IMG/VR virus record: IMGVR_UViG_3300031228_000008
Location: 1 to 49,728 of that record
Strand: one strand, 5' to 3'
DNA from: a virus
Lineage: Duplodnaviria; Caudoviricetes
DNA: 49,728 nt
The number at the start of each line of letters is the position of its first letter. Within the stretch, counting starts at the first letter, position 1. Shown here in pieces: positions 44,009 to 49,728 of this stretch. The translations under genes were made by a program, and so were the position numbers. The notes beneath the pieces are model-generated. The model was not told the origin of the DNA, searched no databases, and saw only the letters and a program-made list of their open reading frames with translations.

Positions 44009-44727
44009 CGACGACAGACCAACATGGTCGAGTAGTTCCCCCGGGAGTGCTCCTGGATGCGGAGCTTCTTGGCCCCGTGGCAACGCGGGCAGATGACGGC
44101 CTGGTGGTGGCCGGCGTCGTCGGGGGCCTCGTAGGCCACGGACCCCTTGCCCTTGCACTCCGGGCACTTCCTCGGGGGCTGGGTCCGGTAGCCCTCGATG
44201 TGAAGCATGTCGACCAGGCGGAAGCCGTGGCCCTCGATCCGGTCCGCGAACTCCCGGGTCTGCCATCGCTTCGCCTGGGAGACCACCTGGTCCTGACACT
44301 TCATGAGGAACCAGGACCGGGTGAGGGGGACGAGGGCGTCGATCCCCTCCTCCATGAGGATCATCCGGTCCTGCCATCGGGCGGGGACGTCGACCCCGTA
44401 GCGTTCGTCGACCTCCTCGGTTGGCGTCCCGTTCAGCTTGTACGGGCCGTCGAAGACGATGGCGTCGAACTGGCCGGCCGGCCAGGGGAGGTCCCGGAAG
44501 TCCGCTCCCCCGTCGAGGTCCGGGGACTTCAAGGGGTGGTGGTCGGTGGCCACCAGGTTCTCGGGGTACCACTCCTTCCAGAAGGTCCCCTTCCCGTAGG
44601 TGGGGTCCAGGATGGCCATGGAGTCGTCGAGGTACCCGAGGGTCCGGCAGGCCACGATGAGGCCGGCGTTCGAGGAGTAGCGGCCCATGGCCATGACCTC
44701 GTCTTGGTCGGGGTGGAGGTCAACCAC
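43996..44727 (-). CDS. Phage amino-DNA methyltransferase-like protein with inserted Zn finger
   Basis: LDPTYGKGTFW (motif I), DFRDLP, IVFDGPY (motif IV variant), KCQD; CPECKGKG...CPRCHG. Confidence 0.75.
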   Translation of the reverse strand: MVDLHPDQDEVMAMGRYSSNAGLIVACRTLGYLDDSMAILDPTYGKGTFWKEWYPENLVATDHHPLKSPDLDGGADFRDLPWPAGQFDAIVFDGPYKLNGTPTEEVDERYGVDVPARWQDRMILMEEGIDALVPLTRSWFLMKCQDQVVSQAKRWQTREFADRIEGHGFRLVDMLHIEGYRTQPPRKCPECKGKGSVAYEAPDDAGHHQAVICPRCHGAKKLRIQEHSRGNYSTMLVCRRIPG

Positions 44728-44926
44728 GGTTCACCACCTTCATCGGCGTGAGGATGTACCCAGGCGCGAGGGTGAAGGTGATCGCATCGTCCGGACCCTC
44801 CTCCTCGACCCCGGCGTCCACGTCCAAGGTCAGGACGATCTCTCCGGCCTGGATCTGGTCCTCGATGAAGTCGAACAGGTCGAGGCGACCGATCACGTTC
44901 CCGTCCGCGTCGCGGATCGCCTTCAC
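44720..44926 (-). CDS. Small acidic hypothetical protein
   Basis: GTGA-coupled. Confidence 0.5.
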   Translation of the reverse strand: MKAIRDADGNVIGRLDLFDFIEDQIQAGEIVLTLDVDAGVEEEGPDDAITFTLAPGYILTPMKVVNRG

Positions 44927-45531
44927 TTCGTCACCTGGACCTGGGGGTCCTTCTTCTCGGACTGGCAGTAGTCGTCGGGGTCGAGGTCGAGACGCTTGAT
45001 CCCGCCGGTCTTGGCGTTGGAGCCGTTGAGGGAGACGACGTCGAGGACCGCGTCCACAAGCTCCCGGGGGTCGTAGGTCTCCCCGGTGTCCATGTTCCCG
45101 AGGCGGGGGGCCTTCTCGACGAGGCGACGGATCACGGCGGCCTGGAGGAGTTCGTTGTCCCAGGCCTTCCGGTCCTTGGGGAAGCGGGGCTTCATGGGCC
45201 GGAGGTCGGGGTAGGCGACGAAGGCCGTCCCGTAGGGGAGGGCACGGGCGAACGTGGCGGCCACTTCGGCCTGGGTCTCCCGGAGGATGTCCACGGCCCA
45301 CTCGATCTTGTCGATGAGCGTGGCCAGGTCGTGGAGGTAGACGGGCCAGGCCTCCTCGTCGGCCTTGACCGGGGCGGTCTTGATGAGGTCGAAGGACCCG
45401 GACTCGATGTAGCCGGCGGCGTCGAGGAGGTCTTCCAGTGACCGCGTCATCGTCTCGGTCATCCGGGTCCCCTCCGGTACTGGCCACCGCGAAGGGTCGA
45501 GGTCTTCGTGGGTCTCGGTCGTGTCGGACAT
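44923..45531 (-). CDS. Hypothetical protein in the recombination module
   Basis: CCCCAAGGAG RBS; adjacent to the AAA_24 gene. Confidence 0.7.
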   Translation of the reverse strand: MSDTTETHEDLDPSRWPVPEGTRMTETMTRSLEDLLDAAGYIESGSFDLIKTAPVKADEEAWPVYLHDLATLIDKIEWAVDILRETQAEVAATFARALPYGTAFVAYPDLRPMKPRFPKDRKAWDNELLQAAVIRRLVEKAPRLGNMDTGETYDPRELVDAVLDVVSLNGSNAKTGGIKRLDLDPDDYCQSEKKDPQVQVTK

Positions 45532-45558
45532 GGTGATCTCCTTGGGGGTGGGGTGGGG

Positions 45559-46986
45559 CTAGAAAGGTGGCTCGGCCTTGTGGCCATCGGCGTCGAGGGA
45601 CGGGTCCAGGTGGCGGATCGTGGCGTCGTGGTTGGCGGGGTCCCAGATGATCGTCTCCCCGCACACACACGTATCCTCATCCCACCCCTCGGGGATGTCT
45701 TCGGTCTGAGGGAGGGCGTCGTCCCGGGTGATCCCCAGGTGGGCCATGATCCGGTCCCGGACCTCGTCGACGCGACCGGAGACGGCCAGGTCGAAGCCCT
45801 TGGCGATCTCCTGGAGTTCCTGACCTCGGGCGTCGTCGAGGAAGAAGACGGCCTCCCTGGCGTCGAGGGTGCGGCCCTCGACCACGAGGACCGGGCCGGC
45901 GTCGGACTGGGCGTCCCCCTCTGGGGCCTCCGTGTCCGTCTCCGGGGCGGGAGGGGGTTGGTCTGCATCCTCGGACCCCTCGCCCTCCTGGGCCTCTCCT
46001 GGGGCCTCTGGGGCGGCGTCGGGGATGCGGCCTTCCGCGATGGCCAGGAGGGTCTCCGTCAAGGTCTCCTGGGTGATCTCGGCCTCCTTGCCGTTCGGTA
46101 GGCCGAAGGCCGACCAGATTCGTCCGGCCTCCGCCTTGGCGTCGTCGTCGGAGAGGCCCTGGATGTTGCCCTTCACGGCGGACAGGACGCGGCCCTTGGC
46201 GTGGGCCACGGGGACGCCCACCTTGGCGGAGACCGCCTGGGACTCCCCGAAGTCCTTGCCGGCCCCGATGATCTCGAAGACCAGGTGGTCGAGGACGTCG
46301 GCGTCCGGAAGGGGCAGGCCCCCGTCCGGGACGTGAATGTCGAGGGAGCGGACCCCGATGAGGGAGGCGGCGTGGGGTCGACGGATGCGGACCCAGGCGT
46401 TGGCCTTGGCCGCGGTCGTCTTCTCGGCCTCGACGGTCCAGACCGTCTCCTTGGTCGGCGCGCCGTTCTCGACCTTCGTGACCTCGGAGCCTTGGGCCAA
46501 CATGACCCCGATCCCGGGGAAGCCTTTGAGGATGCCCAGGACCTCCGCCCACCGATCCTTCGAGTCGTTCCAGAGGTTCATCGACGCGTCGATCTCGGCG
46601 TCCGGGTCCGTCTTCAACGTCTCGCGACCCTTGCGGGAGTTGCGGGCGCGGCCATCGGTCCATCGCTTCAACATCTGCCAGAGGTCGGAGCCGGAGTCGA
46701 TGCCGATGACGTTGGGCTTCTCCGGGTCCGATGGTTCGGCGGCGGCGGCCCGGATCTGTTCGATGATCGAAGACCAGGTCCCGTCGTGGACGAGAAGCTC
46801 GTAGTCCCCGAGGCGGGCGTACTCGTCGAGGGTCCCGTCTCCGAGGTCGAGGTAGAAGCATCGACCGACCCGGGGGGAGGCGGCGAACTGGGCGAGCATG
46901 TAGGACTTGCCGGCCTTCTCCTCACCCTCGACGAGGACGAACGGGAAGGCGACGCGCCCGGTGGGGGGTCGGGTCTGGAGGGGCAT
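45559..46986 (-). CDS. AAA_24/Sak4-like recombination ATPase with C-terminal SAP-like motif
   Basis: Walker A GEEKAGKS, Walker B IGIDS; ELQEIAKGFDLAVSGRVDEVRDRI; acidic tail ending EPPF. Confidence 0.78.
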   Translation of the reverse strand: MPLQTRPPTGRVAFPFVLVEGEEKAGKSYMLAQFAASPRVGRCFYLDLGDGTLDEYARLGDYELLVHDGTWSSIIEQIRAAAAEPSDPEKPNVIGIDSGSDLWQMLKRWTDGRARNSRKGRETLKTDPDAEIDASMNLWNDSKDRWAEVLGILKGFPGIGVMLAQGSEVTKVENGAPTKETVWTVEAEKTTAAKANAWVRIRRPHAASLIGVRSLDIHVPDGGLPLPDADVLDHLVFEIIGAGKDFGESQAVSAKVGVPVAHAKGRVLSAVKGNIQGLSDDDAKAEAGRIWSAFGLPNGKEAEITQETLTETLLAIAEGRIPDAAPEAPGEAQEGEGSEDADQPPPAPETDTEAPEGDAQSDAGPVLVVEGRTLDAREAVFFLDDARGQELQEIAKGFDLAVSGRVDEVRDRIMAHLGITRDDALPQTEDIPEGWDEDTCVCGETIIWDPANHDATIRHLDPSLDADGHKAEPPF

Positions 46987-47030
46987 GGGTTCTCCTTGGG
47001 GATGTTGGCGAGGTACTGGGGTCGATGGTA

Positions 47031-47228
47031 CTAGACGGGAGTGACAGGTTCAACGGGGGTTGGGTGGAATGTCCGCGTCTCGCCGGAGGGGGTCCCCCCT
47101 GGGGGAGGGCCGGCGAAGACGGGTCGGAGATGGCAACGGTGGCCCATGTCGAAGTCGGTGATCCGACCTCGGTGGAGGTCCTGGTGGACTTCGCACCACC
47201 AGGCGTCCCAGATGCGATCGCCGGTCAC
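47031..47228 (-). CDS. Small Cys/His protein
   Basis: GTGA-coupled; WCEVH. Confidence 0.5.
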   Translation of the reverse strand: MTGDRIWDAWWCEVHQDLHRGRITDFDMGHRCHLRPVFAGPPPGGTPSGETRTFHPTPVEPVTPV

Positions 47229-47485
47229 GCCCGGACCTCGTCGGCCTTCATGGACCGGTGGAGGACGGCGGGGGTGAAGGTCCGCATCCGGGGCGGGCGG
47301 CCCCCGTAGACGTCGATCTCGACGATGTCCTTCCCGCCGATGACGAAGGCCCGGATGGCCTTCACCTTGTAGCGGTAGGACCCCTTCGATCCTCGGACGG
47401 TGGAGTCGGTGTAGACGACATCTCCGACCGCGATGACCTTGCCGGTCCCGGATCGCCAGACGTCCAGTTCATTCTTCGGTGTCAT
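47225..47485 (-). CDS. SH3-like hypothetical protein; first gene of the early region
   Basis: CCCCAAGGAGG RBS; IAVGDVV...MRTFTP. Confidence 0.65.
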   Translation of the reverse strand: MTPKNELDVWRSGTGKVIAVGDVVYTDSTVRGSKGSYRYKVKAIRAFVIGGKDIVEIDVYGGRPPRMRTFTPAVLHRSMKADEVRA

Positions 47486-47550
47486 GGGTTCCCTCCTTGG
47501 GGTGAGGTACGGAGTCTGGTGGGGACTCCTGGAACCAGGCTATCACACCA

Positions 47551-47567
47551 TGTCAACCCCGGGTGGG
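47551..47567 (-). promoter_or_regulatory. Operator variant plus TTGACA at the start of the early region
   Basis: CCCACCCGGGG-TTGACA; no good -10 at 17 nt. Confidence 0.55.
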
Positions 47568-47698
47568 AATGGGAGAGGGGGGTGGTCCTGGGACCTACCC
47601 CCCTCGATGCGATCACGGCCCAGGCCCCAAGGTGTACCGAGGTCATCGGTCTGGGGACGTCGACCACGGGAACCCACTTCCCGGACCTTGTCGCCCCC

Positions 47699-47935
47699 TC
47701 AGTATGCCCACCCCCGGTTGGGATGTCCACCACGGAGATCCTGGAGCTTCCGGGCGTTCTCGATGGTGGCGTCCCTACACGCGGGACACGGCCACCCCCG
47801 GTAGGGCTTCCGCTTCCCGTGGGGGCAGAAGTCTCGGAGGCGGCCGGCGATCCCTGGGCCTTGGCAGGAGAGGCAGGGGGCTTCCCCTCTCCACTCGATG
47901 TCACAGACGAGGCAGCATCGCCCCTCCGCCAGGGC
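47699..47935 (-). CDS. Cys-rich zinc-ribbon ORF without a canonical start, in frame after the holin stop
   Basis: Manual translation: ALAEGRCCLVCDIEWRGEAPCLSCQG...FCPHGKRKPYRGWPCPACRD...WAY*. Confidence 0.55.
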   Translation of the reverse strand, partial: ALAEGRCCLVCDIEWRGEAPCLSCQGPGIAGRLRDFCPHGKRKPYRGWPCPACRDATIENARKLQDLRGGHPNRGWAY

Positions 47936-48358
47936 CTAGCCCGCTACGGGGAGGGACTGGAGGTCGAGGCGTGCCGGGAGGAGAGCGGCGGTCTCGTGGT
48001 CGCCCACCTTCGAGGCGAGGCCGGACTTGACCACGGTGAGGACCGCCGGGATCGACGCGGCCACGGCGGCCTGGAGAACCCCGTAGTCGAGGGAGAAGAC
48101 CGGGAGCGCGATGAGGAATCCGAGGAACGAGGAGGCGAAGGTTCGGATGGTCCGAAGCAGGAGGTCCACGTAGAACGGGAGACCGACCGGGACGAGGGGC
48201 AGGCCGTTGGCGACGACCGTGAGGCCGGCGGGGATCGCCGCGAGGGCGGCGGCCTGGGCCGTGGAGATGTCGATGGCGGGGCCGACGATGAGGCCGGCCA
48301 CGAAGGCCTGGACGAAGGTCGCGATGACCTTCTCCAGGAGGGAGACGATGGCGTTCAT
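47936..48358 (-). CDS. Holin (r1t-like, internally duplicated)
   Basis: EKVIATFVQAFVA / LRTIRTFASSFLG repeats; 4 hydrophobic segments; lysis module. Confidence 0.75.
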   Translation of the reverse strand: MNAIVSLLEKVIATFVQAFVAGLIVGPAIDISTAQAAALAAIPAGLTVVANGLPLVPVGLPFYVDLLLRTIRTFASSFLGFLIALPVFSLDYGVLQAAVAASIPAVLTVVKSGLASKVGDHETAALLPARLDLQSLPVAG

Positions 48359-48369
48359 TGGGGATGCTC

Positions 48370-48864
48370 CTAGTTGTCGGGGATGTCTTCTGGGGACAGG
48401 ATCGGGGGGCCGCACCCTTCGGGGGGCGGGGAGTTCAAGACCTCGGGGGTCAAGGACAGGGAGGCGGCGGCGTGGGCTTCGTCGGCGGCCTCGAAGCGCG
48501 CCAGGTTCTCCTCCACTCCGAACTGGTCGTCGAGGACGACCCCGGAGATGATCCCCCGGGACGAGGCGGACAACATGACCCCGAGGGACTCGGTGAGGGC
48601 GTTCCGCCTGGCCTCGATACAGGCCTCGCGGCGGTTGTCGGCCAGGGCGGCGGCGGTCGTCTCGGCGGAGGTCTCGGCGGCCGATCGACCGGTGGCGGAG
48701 TACCAGATGGAGGCCCCGCCCATGAGGAGGAACGCGAGGGCGAGGAGGGCGATCTTCATGTTCTGGGCGCGCATGATGGCCTTGACCTCCGCCGCGGTGG
48801 GCGTGGTCCCAGGGCGGGCCTCCATGTAGGCCTCTGCCAGGTTGCGGGGTGGGCGATCGCTCAT
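48370..48864 (-). CDS. Membrane protein (1 TM), lysis module
   Basis: AGGAGG RBS; IALLALAFLLMGGASIW. Confidence 0.65.
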   Translation of the reverse strand: MSDRPPRNLAEAYMEARPGTTPTAAEVKAIMRAQNMKIALLALAFLLMGGASIWYSATGRSAAETSAETTAAALADNRREACIEARRNALTESLGVMLSASSRGIISGVVLDDQFGVEENLARFEAADEAHAAASLSLTPEVLNSPPPEGCGPPILSPEDIPDN

Positions 48865-48869
48865 GGGGA

Positions 48870-49205
48870 CTAGACCTCCTGGATGGGGCGGCGGCGTGGG
48901 ATGAACGGCCCCGGGTCGACCTGGCGTTCTCCGTGTCGGAACCTCATCGACTCCAGTTCCCATTGGAGGTAGTGGATCGTGTCCTGGAGGTCGGCCTTCT
49001 CGGCGTCCTTGGCGGCGACGATCTGCCAGATGGCCTGCTGGGACTGGACGACCTGGCGGACGAGGAGGCCGGCGAACCCGAGGACCGCGACGATCGCCCC
49101 CGCTGTCAGGGTCGTCGACTCCCCAACGGCGAGGACCCCGGTGATCGCGGAGATGGCCGCCCCTCCGATCTCACCCAGGTACTTCACTCCTAGACCCCTA
49201 TCCAT
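48870..49205 (-). CDS. Membrane protein with coiled coil, lysis module
   Basis: Two hydrophobic segments followed by a coiled coil. Confidence 0.65.
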   Translation of the reverse strand: MDRGLGVKYLGEIGGAAISAITGVLAVGESTTLTAGAIVAVLGFAGLLVRQVVQSQQAIWQIVAAKDAEKADLQDTIHYLQWELESMRFRHGERQVDPGPFIPRRRPIQEV

Positions 49206-49263
49206 GGGTTGGCTCCTTCGGTGACCAGGAGGCTACCGCGACCGCCTCGGGGTGCTGGGGAGG

Positions 49264-49728
49264 TCAGAACTCGATCAAGGCCTTCCAGGTCTCCGGGCCA
49301 GCGATGGCATCGGACCGGGCCTGGTCGAGGCGACCGACGTAGCGGAGGATGTCCTGGGAGACCTCCAGGGCCTTCCGGGTGCCAGGTCCGGCGACTCCAT
49401 CGGGGACGCGGTAGGCGTTGACGATCCCGTTGACCAGTTCGCCTCGACCGCCGAAGACGAGGACCCCGATCATGTTGGCTTGGAGGTTGTCGACGTGGGG
49501 GCCCTTCACGAAGCTCCGGGCGTCCTTGGTCACGTTGGAGAGGTCGAGGGTGTCCATGGCGTACTCCTGGGTCGAGGCGGGGGGCTTGGGCTTGGGTGGG
49601 GCGGGGGGCTTCGGGGCCGGCGATCCGGCGGCGGACAGGAAGGCCCGGAGGTTGGCGGCGTACTGGGCCGCCTGGGCCGGCGTCCCCATGAACTCGAAGT
49701 GCATGGGGTCGGGCTTCGAGACGTACCG
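49264..49728 (-). CDS. Endolysin, C-terminal part: Pro-rich linker plus peptidoglycan-binding-like domain
   Basis: Continues from 1-541; DGVAGPGT and DAIAGPETWKAL motifs. Confidence 0.85.
   Translation of the reverse strand, partial: RYVSKPDPMHFEFMGTPAQAAQYAANLRAFLSAAGSPAPKPPAPPKPKPPASTQEYAMDTLDLSNVTKDARSFVKGPHVDNLQANMIGVLVFGGRGELVNGIVNAYRVPDGVAGPGTRKALEVSQDILRYVGRLDQARSDAIAGPETWKALIEF
49603..49728. repeat. Terminal direct repeat, right copy
   Basis: Matches 14-139. Confidence 0.95.

Noticed and set aside
13380-47567. CAACCCCGGTTG repeats as CRISPR repeats or att sites
   Set aside because: They are dispersed with no regular spacers, there is no cas or integrase gene, and they coincide with promoter elements.
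47708-47807. Operator-like CCACCCCCGGT(T/A)GGG copies (also ~6152)
   Set aside because: They have an extra C, lie within coding frames and have no adjacent promoter element.
9924-47938. Genome-wide TAG reassignment to explain the holin readthrough
   Set aside because: Many well-defined genes (capsid, TerL, MuF) end properly at TAG, and I saw no suppressor tRNA.
2-49421. Long plus-strand ORFs (e.g. 6880-8553, 17301-18845, 21142-22686, 31593-33116, 36806-38515)
   Set aside because: They are antisense shadows of GC3-rich minus-strand genes, with no motifs or RBS.

Overview
This looks like a complete, circularly permuted genome of a very GC-rich tailed phage (siphovirus-type), probably infecting an Actinomycetota host (inferred). 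Bases ~14-139 repeat at 49603-49728, and the endolysin gene reads through that junction. All credible genes are on the minus strand. In transcription order they are: lysis membrane genes; early recombination/replication genes (AAA_24/Sak4-like ATPase, DNA methyltransferase, DUF932, HTH initiator with iterons, helicase loader); many small accessory genes (Toprim protein, J-domain protein, DUF616 glycosyltransferase, PAPS-reductase-like enzyme, MmcB-like nuclease, DUF1643); TerS-like gene and TerL; portal, MuF, protease and HK97 capsid; a methyltransferase/glycosyltransferase insert; neck and tail genes including a PhoD phosphatase; and an M15 endolysin. I saw no integrase, tRNA or CRISPR array. 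Most notable observations: (1) a candidate +1 frameshift site (CCC-UUU-CGU in a hairpin loop) that would fuse portal to a MuF-HExxH metallopeptidase, followed by a small acidic possible immunity gene; (2) a 148-nt multi-branched structured RNA; (3) a genome-wide CAACC-GG-GGTTG operator tied to sigma-70-type, often leaderless promoters and to an HTH gene; (4) a start-less zinc-ribbon ORF in frame behind the holin stop. All calls were made by eye, without database searches.
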